A stretch of 64,000 nt of DNA, taken from NCBI GenBank assembly GCA_039630485.1, contig JBCNUX010000004.1, positions 808 through 64,807 on the forward strand. Direction: 5' to 3'. Source of the DNA: Chlorobiota bacterium. GTDB lineage: Bacteria; Bacteroidota; Ignavibacteria; Kapaibacteriales; HRBIN21. Below the pieces are notes generated by a model. The model made no database searches. It was not told where the DNA came from and saw nothing but the letters and a program-made list of their open reading frames with translations. This document shows, one piece after another, positions 46,900-57,204 of the stretch (positions are counted from its first letter, which is position 1; every line of letters begins with the position of its first letter). Position numbers and translations under genes: made by a program.

Positions 46900-49800
46900 C
46901 TACCTCACCACCCGCACCTGCTCCACCTTCACCTCCTGCCCGTCCCGCACCACTACCACATACACCCCACTACCCAACTCCGCCAACCCTATCCACACCT
47001 GCCCTTCCTTCCCCTCCCCTACCCCACTCCACACTCGCCGCCCTAGCCCATCGTACACCTCTACCACCACACCAGCTCGCCCTCCTCCATACTCCACCCA
47101 TACCCCCTCTTCAGCCACCGTCGGCCTCACCCGCATCCACAACCCACCACCACTGACCGGCACCTCCGGCTCCTGCGGCTCCTGCTCCACTACCCCACCT
47201 CCATTGCGCCGAATGAAGTCTATCGTCGCCCGCAACACCCTGTCCACCTGCCCCCAGTGCCGCCACTCAATCCCATAGTATGCCACATTCCACCCCAACG
47301 CCACCGTCCCAACCCCAGCCACCGTGTCCACTACCCCAGCCCCACGACTCTCGTACACGTATGCCGCCTGCGCTAACCCCTCCGTGGCCGCATCGCTCCA
47401 CACCCGCAACAACGCCGGCACCGGCACATCCCCACTGACTCCCGTCCCCCGCACCAACTCCCGAATCCCGTACCCCACCGTCCGCCCAACTACATACCGC
47501 CCATCGTAGTTCGGACTCACCGGCGTCCCCGGAGGCGTCACGTACTGCGCCCGCAGTACCCGCCGCACAAACCACTCATCGTTCACCGGGTCCATCCCCA
47601 CATGCGAGCGCGCTACCTCCTGCGAGCTTACCACCAGGTTCCGCTTCTGCCCATACTGCCCACTACTCAAATACTGCCGCAGCGCCCCTCGCTCCCACTC
47701 ACTCACCTGCCCCTCCCGTCCACTCCAGAACACCCACCGATACCGCCCATACTCCACCGTCCGCGCCTCCCATCCCGCTCGGTTCAACACATCGTAATCA
47801 TACCGCCCCTGCCCCACATCCACTCGCCATCCCAGTCGGCTCACCCCCGCCAGCAACGTGTCCGCATTCCGACTCCCAACCGCACTCCCTCGGTCCACCG
47901 TCACCATCACCGGCGACCGCTCTATGTAGTACCGCACCTCCTTCCCCACCACGTTGTTCCCACCGTTCTGGTCCGGCTGCCCCGTCACCACCAGCCGATA
48001 CCGCGGCGTCACATGCTGCTCCATCCCCGCAAAGCGGGCCGGTACCACGTACCCGCTCACCTCCGCATACGCCTGCAACGGCAACTGCACCCCAAAGTCT
48101 ACCACCCTCTCCTCCCCGACGCGCAAGTCTACCCGCACCTCCCGATCCACCACCGGCACCGTAAACTGCCCTGCCCCATCCTCCCGCCACACCTGCAACC
48201 GCACCCGCCAGCCCACTACATCCGACGTCCCTCGATTCGCCACCCGCGCCTTCACCCCTGCCGGCAACCGCACCATCACGTACTCCGCATCCGCCGTCGG
48301 CCCACTGCTGGCCCGCCATACCCACGGCTCCTCAATCCGCACCACCTCCACATCCTGCTGGTACTCCCGACCCTGGAACTCATCCGCCCCAATGTCCGGC
48401 CGACTCCCACCAGCACCTCGTACCTCCCCATCAATGTCCCGACTCCATACCCCCGCCCGCCCACGATTGCTCAATATCGACCCTAAGGGTGCCGGCGACG
48501 TCCGCACCCGCAACCGCTGCACCACCGTCCCCGTCACTGCGTAGTCCCCCGTCCAGTTCCCCCACACGCTCTGCCCGTCCTGCCCCGTGGCCGCCTGCCA
48601 ACTGCTCAGCGTCCGGTACTCCCCATCCGCCCCCAGCCGCAACCCATACTGCCCCTCCGACTCCAACACCTCCACCATCCGCACCACATCCCCGCCTCCA
48701 CTGACCCAGTACGCATTCCAGTTCTGCACCACCCCGCCCGACCGCCGCGGATGCAGTCCCTCGTAAATGACCGCCGCCCGCAGCTGTGCCTGCTGCACCT
48801 CTACCCCCACCGCATTGTTCACCACCACCGGCCCCCACGCCTGCTGCACCACTATCCCGCCGACCAACCCCGTCCCCGCTACCCCATCATCCTGCACCCA
48901 CACCGTGTTGTGCGCCACCGTGTCCTGCCGCGTCCAGTACGTCCACCGCCGCGGCACCAACAACGCACTCAACCCCGTCGCCGCAGGGTCCCGCTCCGTC
49001 CACAGATGAATCCCCCCAACGTGCGCCCCCGCTGCCCCACGCCGAATCCCCCACACCACGTTGTTCACCACCCGCGTCCGCTCCGGAACGTCCGGCATCA
49101 TCACCGGCTGCGGCTCCAGCCCCGTCAAATAGTTCTGCACCTGCTCCACCACTATCCCCCGCGCCATCACCTCCGAACTGACCCGCGTCACCTCGTTGCC
49201 CTCAATGACCAACCCCACGTTGTTGTATCCCCCATACCCACCCGCTACAATCCCCGCCGCCGGCTCACTCCCACCTGTGGCCTCCTTCCCTACGTTGTCA
49301 ATCCGGTTCCCCCGTATCTCCGTCCCCTCCTCATACCCAACTACAATCCCCGCACCCCGCACGTTCGTAATCACATTCCCTACAATCCGGTTCCCGACGT
49401 TGTAGTACCGCCGCACCTTCGCCGGCCCCGCCTCCTTCAACGGGCCCAACCCCAGCGACACAATCCCATACCCAAACCCGCTGATCTCGTTGCCCTCAAT
49501 CACATTCCCCGAGCACAACACCGTGTCCAACACGTCCACCCCCTGGTATGCCGACAACCGCCAGTTGCGGATCACCACCCCCGCCGAGTACGTTACCGGC
49601 TGCCCCCCGACAATCCGCACATCCGGATCCCACTCAAACTGCCCCAACGCTACGTTGTACCGCACCCGCGGCAACGACGTTGCATAACTGGCCGACGTCG
49701 TCGGTGCGTTCCCAATCAGACAGTTCTTCACCTGCACGTTGTGTACCCCACGCCCTAAGTAGAACACCGCCCGCCGCGGCTGCCCCACCGGCGCATCCAG

Positions 49801-52164
49801 CTCAATCTTCAACGACTTCTGCTGCCCACCGTCAAAGATGATGTACCCAGAAAAGTTGGCGTATCGCGGCTCGGGGAAGTCACGGACCACTGCAAACGGA
49901 TTGCCCGTCTGTAGGCTCTGCTCCATCATGACCCCAACCCCCATACCGGACTTCAGCCGGATGGTGACGCTGCCACGCTGCAGCGCCCGTTGCCCGTAAG
50001 CGCGGAAAGTCACCGTGTTCTGGGCATTCACCCCTAGGATCGCCGAACGTAGCTCAATTGCAGGTGCACTTGCGTTGATATCCCCAACCTCATAGTAGGC
50101 ATCGGTTAGCTCAAAGACCACCGGGCCGCCAACACCCCGCTGGTAGAGCGCGTTGATAGCGTCTTGTATCGTGTTGAAATTTCGTGGACTGCCTGCAAAG
50201 AGCGTTCCAATCGTGTATGTCCCAGACAGGGGACCCTGCACGCTGAAGATCGCATGGGCTGTGTCATTCAGCCGCACCGGGTCCTGTGGATGGTAGATGA
50301 TGATCGTTGCCCGATAGTCGCCCGTCGGGAGTGTCACAGCGTTGAAGGTATAAGGCACCTGGTTGGGAAACGTTGCCGGGATATCGGGCACATACGCTGA
50401 CTGGCTGGCAACGACCTGCCCATCGGAGAGCCGTGTAATGATGAGTTGGACCGGCACATTGCTCATGTCGGTCAACCCATTATTCTGGAAGACCCCGATT
50501 GGGCGGAACGGGCGCCCACCGTAGATGACACTCCCACTCGTCGGATAGGCCACAGCTACCGATGCCAGCTCAATGTCGTACTGAATTCGGAAGATCCACT
50601 CTGGTGCTCCTGCCCGTGGTACACAGTCATTGTACGCCTGTTGATCTTGAGCGTTCAGCAGAGTACCACAGAGTCGAAGCTTGTAGTCGCCGACTCCCAT
50701 TGTGTTGAACGGCTTGAAGCGGATCGTAGCCGTCTGTCCCGTCTGCAGCCCTGGTGTCTGCTGCCAAATGACAGTATCGCGGTAGACCACACTGTTATCC
50801 GATGCACGCCGTATCTCGGCGATCGCTCGGAAGGCAGTGATCTCATCTAAGCCGACGTTCTTGTAAACCCCCTCAACCGGCGTGTTGACCCCCTGCGGGT
50901 ACTGCGTATACGACGGTGGCCGGTACGGCACTGGCATAGTGATGGCCTCTGCTGCCAGGTCATTGTTGTAAGCGACGACGAACTCCTTCTCCCAAATCGG
51001 CTCCTGGACATAGCCAGTTGTGAGATTTCGGTATGATGCCTGGAGGCGATAGGTCCCTCCGAGCGCGTTGTTAGAGGCCAATGCTAGAGAACCGTTCGGA
51101 CCAGCGTACGGTCCTTTCGCGCTCGTGATGGGCAACGTCACTAGTCCTGTAGTGCCAGCGGTGATGTCCAAGATCGTGTCGTTCGGATTCCCTCCATCGG
51201 TAGCGATGTAGACCGGATTGGTGCTCGGGAGAGGCCCAATGATCCGATATGTCAATCGCAGCTGATGTCCAGTTGCCTGACGGAAAGTGAGCGAAGGACG
51301 AGGGCGCTCTGGCGCTGAACCATCGTAATTCCACGCTGCCCGTAAGATATCCCCCTGGTTCGGGAACGAGGCCTCAATCCCTAACAGCAGCGTCATGCGC
51401 ATATTCGGACGACCATAGTAGTCGTAAGGCCAGGCACTAGAGGTCGTATAGTCGTATTCTGTCCCAAAGTAGCAGTACGAATACCAGTAAAACAAGCCCA
51501 GCACTGTGTTGCGAGTGTTCCGCTCCGATGGCGTCGCTTCATAGATATACGTGCTACGCCACAGCCCATATCCTCTGAGGTAGTCAGGGTAGGAGGTAGG
51601 ACAGTTCTGGCTGCAAGGATTCACAAATTCTATAATCACCACCAGGTTGCCTCCGGTATAGACGTAACCGGGGTTGAGTGTAAATCCATCCCACTGTCCT
51701 GCGGGGATGGTCTGAGTGAACGCTTTCCCCTCGAAGACGAGCTGGATGTTCTGCAAGCTCGTTGGAGCTGCACCGCTGATGAGCTGTTGGTAGGTTACCG
51801 CCGTGTATGGGAAGTTGGGCTGCGGAGAGATCGCCATGTAGACCCTGAACTGCTGACCCCTATCTGTAAACTGACACAAAGTACCCTGTCCATACCACGG
51901 GTCTCCGTGAGCCTGGAATTCTATCCGGCTGATGAGTCCTGGGACTCCACCTGCCTGCTGAATAAACCACCCAGAATAGAGTAACGCCACGTACTGTTTG
52001 CGCGGGTAGACGTAGTAGTCACCATAGCAATACTGGCTGTAGGGTGTGTAGTAAATGTAACTACTGCTGTTCGGATTCCCGATGATGACCTGCAACTGCG
52101 CTTGTGCAAATGGAACGGCGACACCTCCGAAAACAAGAAGGGCAAGAAAGAGGAAGCGTGCCAT
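46900..52164 (-). CDS. very large secreted right-handed beta-helix (PbH1-repeat) protein with T9SS C-terminal sorting domain
   Basis: ORF 46900..52203. The probable start is ATG 52164 (MARFLFLALLVFGGVAVPFAQAQ). PbH1-like repeats include GNVIEGNEISGFGYGIV, NRIVGNVITNVRGAGIVVG, IRGNRIDNVG and VIEGNEV. The C-terminus is ...LGSGVYVVVVRDGQEVKVEQVRVVR. Confidence 0.8.
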   Translation of the reverse strand: MARFLFLALLVFGGVAVPFAQAQLQVIIGNPNSSSYIYYTPYSQYCYGDYYVYPRKQYVALLYSGWFIQQAGGVPGLISRIEFQAHGDPWYGQGTLCQFTDRGQQFRVYMAISPQPNFPYTAVTYQQLISGAAPTSLQNIQLVFEGKAFTQTIPAGQWDGFTLNPGYVYTGGNLVVIIEFVNPCSQNCPTSYPDYLRGYGLWRSTYIYEATPSERNTRNTVLGLFYWYSYCYFGTEYDYTTSSAWPYDYYGRPNMRMTLLLGIEASFPNQGDILRAAWNYDGSAPERPRPSLTFRQATGHQLRLTYRIIGPLPSTNPVYIATDGGNPNDTILDITAGTTGLVTLPITSAKGPYAGPNGSLALASNNALGGTYRLQASYRNLTTGYVQEPIWEKEFVVAYNNDLAAEAITMPVPYRPPSYTQYPQGVNTPVEGVYKNVGLDEITAFRAIAEIRRASDNSVVYRDTVIWQQTPGLQTGQTATIRFKPFNTMGVGDYKLRLCGTLLNAQDQQAYNDCVPRAGAPEWIFRIQYDIELASVAVAYPTSGSVIYGGRPFRPIGVFQNNGLTDMSNVPVQLIITRLSDGQVVASQSAYVPDIPATFPNQVPYTFNAVTLPTGDYRATIIIYHPQDPVRLNDTAHAIFSVQGPLSGTYTIGTLFAGSPRNFNTIQDAINALYQRGVGGPVVFELTDAYYEVGDINASAPAIELRSAILGVNAQNTVTFRAYGQRALQRGSVTIRLKSGMGVGVMMEQSLQTGNPFAVVRDFPEPRYANFSGYIIFDGGQQKSLKIELDAPVGQPRRAVFYLGRGVHNVQVKNCLIGNAPTTSASYATSLPRVRYNVALGQFEWDPDVRIVGGQPVTYSAGVVIRNWRLSAYQGVDVLDTVLCSGNVIEGNEISGFGYGIVSLGLGPLKEAGPAKVRRYYNVGNRIVGNVITNVRGAGIVVGYEEGTEIRGNRIDNVGKEATGGSEPAAGIVAGGYGGYNNVGLVIEGNEVTRVSSEVMARGIVVEQVQNYLTGLEPQPVMMPDVPERTRVVNNVVWGIRRGAAGAHVGGIHLWTERDPAATGLSALLVPRRWTYWTRQDTVAHNTVWVQDDGVAGTGLVGGIVVQQAWGPVVVNNAVGVEVQQAQLRAAVIYEGLHPRRSGGVVQNWNAYWVSGGGDVVRMVEVLESEGQYGLRLGADGEYRTLSSWQAATGQDGQSVWGNWTGDYAVTGTVVQRLRVRTSPAPLGSILSNRGRAGVWSRDIDGEVRGAGGSRPDIGADEFQGREYQQDVEVVRIEEPWVWRASSGPTADAEYVMVRLPAGVKARVANRGTSDVVGWRVRLQVWREDGAGQFTVPVVDREVRVDLRVGEERVVDFGVQLPLQAYAEVSGYVVPARFAGMEQHVTPRYRLVVTGQPDQNGGNNVVGKEVRYYIERSPVMVTVDRGSAVGSRNADTLLAGVSRLGWRVDVGQGRYDYDVLNRAGWEARTVEYGRYRWVFWSGREGQVSEWERGALRQYLSSGQYGQKRNLVVSSQEVARSHVGMDPVNDEWFVRRVLRAQYVTPPGTPVSPNYDGRYVVGRTVGYGIRELVRGTGVSGDVPVPALLRVWSDAATEGLAQAAYVYESRGAGVVDTVAGVGTVALGWNVAYYGIEWRHWGQVDRVLRATIDFIRRNGGGVVEQEPQEPEVPVSGGGLWMRVRPTVAEEGVWVEYGGGRAGVVVEVYDGLGRRVWSGVGEGKEGQVWIGLAELGSGVYVVVVRDGQEVKVEQVRVVR

Positions 52165-52269
52165 CGTACGACCTCCATGCAAGATGCTATGGAACATGCT
52201 CATTGTTTTCTTCTCAAACTATCGTGCTCGTAAGTTCCCGACTCTATGAGCGGGCCGCGCTCTCTCGTA

Positions 52270-52277
52270 CAAATATA
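52270..52277 (-). promoter_or_regulatory. TAnnTTTG promoter box (TATATTTG) upstream of the giant gene
   Basis: The + strand reads CAAATATA at 52270..52277, in the divergent intergenic region shared with valS. Confidence 0.45.
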
Positions 52278-52341
52278 CAAACGGATTCCTAAACCGTCAC
52301 AACGCCATGGAGAGGCGATTTCCCTGCTCTGCTCCGCTATG

Positions 52342-52349
52342 TAACTTTG
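52342..52349 (+). promoter_or_regulatory. TAnnTTTG promoter box (TAACTTTG) 30 nt upstream of valS
   Basis: Read directly from the sequence. Confidence 0.5.
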
Positions 52350-52379
52350 TGGTGCCGAGGCTGATCTTGGGCTACTGGC

Positions 52380-55097
52380 ATGAGCGGAGAGCGCTTCCCC
52401 ACAGCGTATACCCCAAACCAGGCAGAGCGCCGCTGGTACGCAGAGTGGCTTCGCTACGACCTCTTCCGAGCAGATCCAAACTCCGGGCGCCCGCCGTACA
52501 GCATCTTGATGCCACCACCGAACGTGACTGGGATGCTCCACTTCGGGCATGTGCTCAACATCACTCTGCAGGATATCTACATCCGCTGGCATCGGATGCT
52601 GGGCTACGAGGTCTGCTGGTTCCCGGGGCTAGACCATGCAGGGATTGCTACTCAGGTCAAAGTTGAGCAGCAACTGGCTGCTGAAGGTTTGACCCGGCAG
52701 CAGCTTGGGCGCGAGCGCTTCGTTGAACGCGTCTGGCAGTGGAAGGAGCGCTACGGCGGAATCATCCTAGAGCAGATGCGGGCTTTGGGGATTTCGTGCG
52801 ATTGGAGCCGAACCCTGTTCACGATGGACGAGAGCGCCTCCAACGCCGTCCGCGAGGTCTTCATCCGGCTCTACGATGAGGGCCTCATCTACCGCGGGAA
52901 GCGCATCATCAATTGGTCTCCGCGACTGCAATCGGCGCTCTCGGACGAGGAGGTCGTCTACCGCTCCGTGACGGAGGAGCTGTTGGTGCTCCGCTACGAG
53001 CTTGAGGATGGGAGTGGCCACATCCCTGTAGCTACTGTGCGCCCAGAGACCATCTTCGCAGACGTTGCCGTAGCGATTCACCCAGAAGATGAGCGGTACA
53101 AGACATACGTCGGACGGCGCGTGCGTGTGCCGCTCACCGATCGTTTCGTACCCGTCATCGAAGACGAAGCTGTAGACCCAACCTTTGGGACTGGTGCCTT
53201 GAAGGTCACCCCGGCTCATGACCCACTGGACTTCGAGATTGGACAGCGCCATGGGCTACCGCTGTTGGTGTGCTTAACCCCAGAGGGCGTGCTCAACGAG
53301 CTGGCTGGCCCCTTTGCAGGGCTAGAGCGCTTCGAAGCCCGTCGCCGCGTCACCGAACGCCTGCGAGAGCTGGGTCTACTGGAACGCAGTGAGCCCTACA
53401 CACACAACGTCGGCTTCTCTGAGCGGAGCGGAGAACCCGTGGAGCCGTACATCAGCGACCAGTGGTTTGTACGGATGAAGCCCTTGGCAGAGCCAGCGCT
53501 ACAAGCCGTGCTAGATGGGCGCATCCGGTTTCACCCCGAACACTGGGTTAAGACCTACGAGCACTGGATGCGCAACGTGCGGGATTGGTGCATCTCGCGC
53601 CAACTCTGGTGGGGACATCGAATCCCCGTATACTACACTCCAGATGGCCGCTACACAGCCGCCCGTTCACCCGAAGAGGCCCGCCAACGACTGGGACTTT
53701 CCCCAGACGTCCCCCTTGAGCAGGACCCAGACGTTCTGGACACCTGGTTCTCCTCGTGGCTCTGGCCGCTGACCACGATGCGCTGGCTTGCCGACGGAAA
53801 GACCGAAGAGACTACCGACCTTAAGGTCTTTCTGCCCACCAACCTCCTGGTCACCGCCCCGGAGATCATCTTCTTCTGGGTCGCCCGAATGATCATGGCG
53901 ACGCTGAAGTTCCGCGGCACTATCCCCTTCCGCGACGTCTACTTCACGAGCGTCATCCGGGACAGCTACGGGCGCAAGCTCTCGAAATCGCTCGGGAACT
54001 CTCCCGACCCGCTGCCGATCATCGCCAAGTACGGCGCCGACGCAGTACGGTTCACCATGATCTACCTTGCCCCGCTGGGCCAGGACGTGCGCATGAAGAT
54101 CGATGAGCGCGCCCAGGATATCCCCTCGATGGAGATTGGGCGGAACTTTGCCAACAAGCTGTGGAACGCTGGCCGCTTCCTATGGCTCAAGTGCCAGCAG
54201 TATGGGCTCTCGGATGCCGCGCTGCTAGAATCTGAGCTTGCTCTCCCAGAGCGCTGGATCCGCTCCCGATTCGCCGCAACGCTCCAAGCAACTGAGTCAG
54301 CGCTCCGGGAGTACCGCGTCCACGAATACGCCCGCTTGCTGTACGACTTCGTCTGGAGCGACTTCTGCGACTGGTACATAGAGGCCCTCAAGGTACTACT
54401 CCAGCGCTCAACACCGCAGGAAGCAGCATGCCGGTGCCGTTTCGCGCTAGACCTCTACGAGGGCATCCTCCGGCTGTTGCACCCAGTTACGCCCTTCGTT
54501 ACAGAGGAGCTCTGGCACCTCCTCTGGGAGCGCAGAGAGGGGGAGTTCCTCTGCACTGCAGCAGCTGCATCAGCGCCACGGGAGTGGTACTCGGCCGAGA
54601 CCGAGGAAGCCTTCTCGCTCCTCCAGGCACTCGTTGAAGAGGCACGGCGGCTGCGGGCCATCTTGGGTCTGCCACCGCAGGAGCGTCCACCGCTCTTCAT
54701 TCGTCCTGCCGATGACGGAACCTCGGCGATCGTCCGGGAGCACCTCTGGCTACTGGATGCTTTGGTACCCTGCCAAGCTCAGGTGGGAACCGATCACAGC
54801 ACCCTAGACAAGGCACTCAGTGGCGTTGTACGCGGGATAGAACTCCTGCTGCCCATTAGCGCCGATTACGATCTCTCGGCAGAGCTGGAACGCCTCCATC
54901 GAGAGATAGCCCGCCTGGAGCGCTTGCTGGAAGAGAATCGAGCAAAGCTCCACAACGAGGCCTTTCTGCAGCGAGCACCTCAGCATGTCATCGAACGGGA
55001 GCGTGAAAAGGAGCAGAGCTTCCTACAGTCGCTCAGCAGGCTGCGAGAGCGGCTGCAGCTTCTTGAGAGCCTGACCTCCGGAGGCAGAGATGCGTGA
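52380..55097 (+). CDS. valS: valine--tRNA ligase
   Basis: 905 aa. [16 protein letters not shown] (HIGH-type), KLSKSLGN (KMSKS) and a C-terminal coiled coil. Confidence 0.97.
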   Translation: MSGERFPTAYTPNQAERRWYAEWLRYDLFRADPNSGRPPYSILMPPPNVTGMLHFGHVLNITLQDIYIRWHRMLGYEVCWFPGLDHAGIATQVKVEQQLAAEGLTRQQLGRERFVERVWQWKERYGGIILEQMRALGISCDWSRTLFTMDESASNAVREVFIRLYDEGLIYRGKRIINWSPRLQSALSDEEVVYRSVTEELLVLRYELEDGSGHIPVATVRPETIFADVAVAIHPEDERYKTYVGRRVRVPLTDRFVPVIEDEAVDPTFGTGALKVTPAHDPLDFEIGQRHGLPLLVCLTPEGVLNELAGPFAGLERFEARRRVTERLRELGLLERSEPYTHNVGFSERSGEPVEPYISDQWFVRMKPLAEPALQAVLDGRIRFHPEHWVKTYEHWMRNVRDWCISRQLWWGHRIPVYYTPDGRYTAARSPEEARQRLGLSPDVPLEQDPDVLDTWFSSWLWPLTTMRWLADGKTEETTDLKVFLPTNLLVTAPEIIFFWVARMIMATLKFRGTIPFRDVYFTSVIRDSYGRKLSKSLGNSPDPLPIIAKYGADAVRFTMIYLAPLGQDVRMKIDERAQDIPSMEIGRNFANKLWNAGRFLWLKCQQYGLSDAALLESELALPERWIRSRFAATLQATESALREYRVHEYARLLYDFVWSDFCDWYIEALKVLLQRSTPQEAACRCRFALDLYEGILRLLHPVTPFVTEELWHLLWERREGEFLCTAAAASAPREWYSAETEEAFSLLQALVEEARRLRAILGLPPQERPPLFIRPADDGTSAIVREHLWLLDALVPCQAQVGTDHSTLDKALSGVVRGIELLLPISADYDLSAELERLHREIARLERLLEENRAKLHNEAFLQRAPQHVIEREREKEQSFLQSLSRLRERLQLLESLTSGGRDA

Positions 55098-56292
55098 CGC
55101 CTTCATTGTTGACTACGTACGCACCCCCATCGGCAAGTACGGTGGGGCACTCAGCAGCGTGCGCCCCGACGACATGGCGGCTTTGGTGATTGCTGAGCTG
55201 GTACGCCGCACGGGGGTTCCGCCAGAGGCGATCGATGACGTCATCTTCGGCTGTGCGAACCAGGCGGGCGAAGACAACCGCAACGTAGCCCGCATGGCAC
55301 TCCTTCTGGCAGGTCTCCCCAACACGGTGCCGGGCGTGACGGTCAACCGGCTCTGTGCTTCTGGGCTGGAGGCGGTTATCCAAGGCCTGCGCGCAATCCG
55401 GCTCGGAGAAGCAGAGCTCATCATTGCCGGGGGAGTGGAGTCCATGTCCCGTGCGCCGTACGTGTTGGCCAAGAACGTCTCAGGCAGAGCCCAGTACGGG
55501 AACCTCATTGCCTACGACACCGCCCTCGGTTGGCGCTTCCCCAACCCGCGCATGGAACGGATGTTTCCGCTGGAGTCGATGGGCGAAACGGCAGAGAATC
55601 TAGCCGAGCGGTACCACATCAGCCGTGAAGAGCAGGACCTCTACGCCTTGCAGTCCCACCGACGTGCCGTCGCTGCTCAAGAGGCTTGCATCTTCGCGGA
55701 AGAGATCGTGCCAGTGCCCGTAGAACGGGGCAAAGGGGAGACGGTCCTCGTCGATCGCGACGAGGGCCCGCGGCCTGACACGTCGTTGGAGAAGCTGTCA
55801 GCACTCCCGCCCGTCTTCCGCGCTGGTGGGACGGTTACGGCTGGCAACTCTTCTTCTCTCAACGACGGTGCTGCCGCTCTCCTCCTAGCAAGCGAAGCAG
55901 CGCTTCAGCGCTATGGTCTCCGCCCTCTGGCTCGCTACGTTAGCTCCGGTGCTGCCGGGGTAGACCCGCGGTACATGGGCATTGGACCCGTGCCGGCGAC
56001 GAAGAAAGCTTTGCAGCGTGCTGGGCTCTCGCTGGAGGACATAGACCTGGTGGAGCTCAACGAAGCCTTCGCCGCCCAAGTCCTGGCGTGCCTCTGGGAG
56101 ATGCCGATAGATCCAGAACGGCTCAACATCTACGGCGGAGCTATCGCGTTGGGGCATCCTTTAGGGATGAGCGGTGCCCGGCTGGCTGGGACGCTGGTAC
56201 GCTCGCTGCACCGACGGAACGCTCGCTACGGATTGGCGACCCTCTGCGTCGGAGTCGGCCAAGGATTGGCCTTGATCGTTGAACGGGTCTGA
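55090..56292 (+). CDS. acetyl-CoA C-acetyltransferase (thiolase)
   Basis: [12 protein letters not shown] (active-site Cys), [35 protein letters not shown]. Confidence 0.93.
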   Translation: MRDAFIVDYVRTPIGKYGGALSSVRPDDMAALVIAELVRRTGVPPEAIDDVIFGCANQAGEDNRNVARMALLLAGLPNTVPGVTVNRLCASGLEAVIQGLRAIRLGEAELIIAGGVESMSRAPYVLAKNVSGRAQYGNLIAYDTALGWRFPNPRMERMFPLESMGETAENLAERYHISREEQDLYALQSHRRAVAAQEACIFAEEIVPVPVERGKGETVLVDRDEGPRPDTSLEKLSALPPVFRAGGTVTAGNSSSLNDGAAALLLASEAALQRYGLRPLARYVSSGAAGVDPRYMGIGPVPATKKALQRAGLSLEDIDLVELNEAFAAQVLACLWEMPIDPERLNIYGGAIALGHPLGMSGARLAGTLVRSLHRRNARYGLATLCVGVGQGLALIVERV

Positions 56293-57204
56293 GCCCGTGA
56301 TGGTCTCCCAGCATAGCTCCTCCGCCAGTTCGGTGTTTGGAAAGATGGCGCATGCCTCTTGGAGCAAGGGCTCTGCTGAAGAGTAGCGTCCACTGATGTG
56401 CACCAGGAGCAGTCGACCAACCCCCGCAGCGGCAGCGACAGAAGCTGCCTCAGCAGCCGTAGAGTGGCAGGTCTCCTCTGCCAACTCAGCATGAGTACTA
56501 CCGAAGGTAGCCTCGTAAAGCAGGACATCGGCAGCTCGCGCTAGTTCAATGGCTTCTGAACAAGGGCGCGTATCCCCGCAGTAGACTAAGGTCGGCTGCG
56601 AACGCGGCCGAGTCACTTGCTCTAACGTCACCCGCTCGCCCGTCGGGAGTTCAACCCACCCTCGGCGCTTGAGTTCGCCGAGGAGCGGACCCGACGCAAG
56701 CCCAAATTCAGCCAAACGTTGGGGATCAAAGGCCGGTAGACGCCGCTCCTGAAGCCGGAAGCCGAAGGAAGGGATCGAGTGGCGCAATGGCGCACAGTGC
56801 AGACTCCACTTAGATGCAACGGCTATCTCACCTCGGAAGTCCGGCGGGAGTTCTCGCACGTGGAGCTCAAATGGCAGCGTCACATCCGTCCAACGTAGCG
56901 TGCTCTCCACAAGCTCCCGCAGGCCCTGTGGACCGATGAGATGGAGCGGAGCCTCCCGACGGTCAGAAGCCATACTCGCCAACAGCGGGACGAGCCCTAA
57001 AACGTGGTCACCATGCAGGTGCGTGATGGCAATGTACTGGATCTTGCTGCGGCTGACCCCCGCACGGATGAGCTGCCGCTGCGTCCCTTCACCACAGTCG
57101 AACAGGAAGACCGCCTCTTCAATCCGCGCGACCACAGCCGTGGGCATTCGCCGGAGCGTTGGAGCCCCACCGGCCCCTGTTCCCAAGACGCAGAAGCGTA
57201 TCAT
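56161..57204 (-). CDS. rnz: ribonuclease Z
   Basis: [17 protein letters not shown]...[13 protein letters not shown]...[12 protein letters not shown] (HxHxDH). A roughly 40-aa C-terminal tail overlaps the convergent thiolase gene. Confidence 0.88.
   Translation of the reverse strand: MIRFCVLGTGAGGAPTLRRMPTAVVARIEEAVFLFDCGEGTQRQLIRAGVSRSKIQYIAITHLHGDHVLGLVPLLASMASDRREAPLHLIGPQGLRELVESTLRWTDVTLPFELHVRELPPDFRGEIAVASKWSLHCAPLRHSIPSFGFRLQERRLPAFDPQRLAEFGLASGPLLGELKRRGWVELPTGERVTLEQVTRPRSQPTLVYCGDTRPCSEAIELARAADVLLYEATFGSTHAELAEETCHSTAAEAASVAAAAGVGRLLLVHISGRYSSAEPLLQEACAIFPNTELAEELCWETITGSDPFNDQGQSLADSDAEGRQSVASVPSVQRAYQRPSQPGTAHP

Noticed and set aside
47602-49758. Two long plus-strand ORFs (47602..48486, 294 aa; 48751..49758, 335 aa) antisense to the giant gene, rich in Pro, His, Arg, Leu and Gln
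   Set aside because: Both are exactly in the complementary codon register of the sense gene. Their offsets from 46900 are multiples of 3. Sense codons there are almost all NNG, so the antisense codons are CNN. CNN can never be a stop and encodes only L, P, H, Q or R. The ORFs follow arithmetically from the codon bias, not from coding. Overprinting cannot be formally excluded without expression data.
52204-52379. T-box or other leader upstream of valS (and upstream of pheT)
   Set aside because: The promoter box lies only 30 nt from the valS ATG, leaving no room for a T-box of about 200 nt. No specifier or antiterminator structure was seen.
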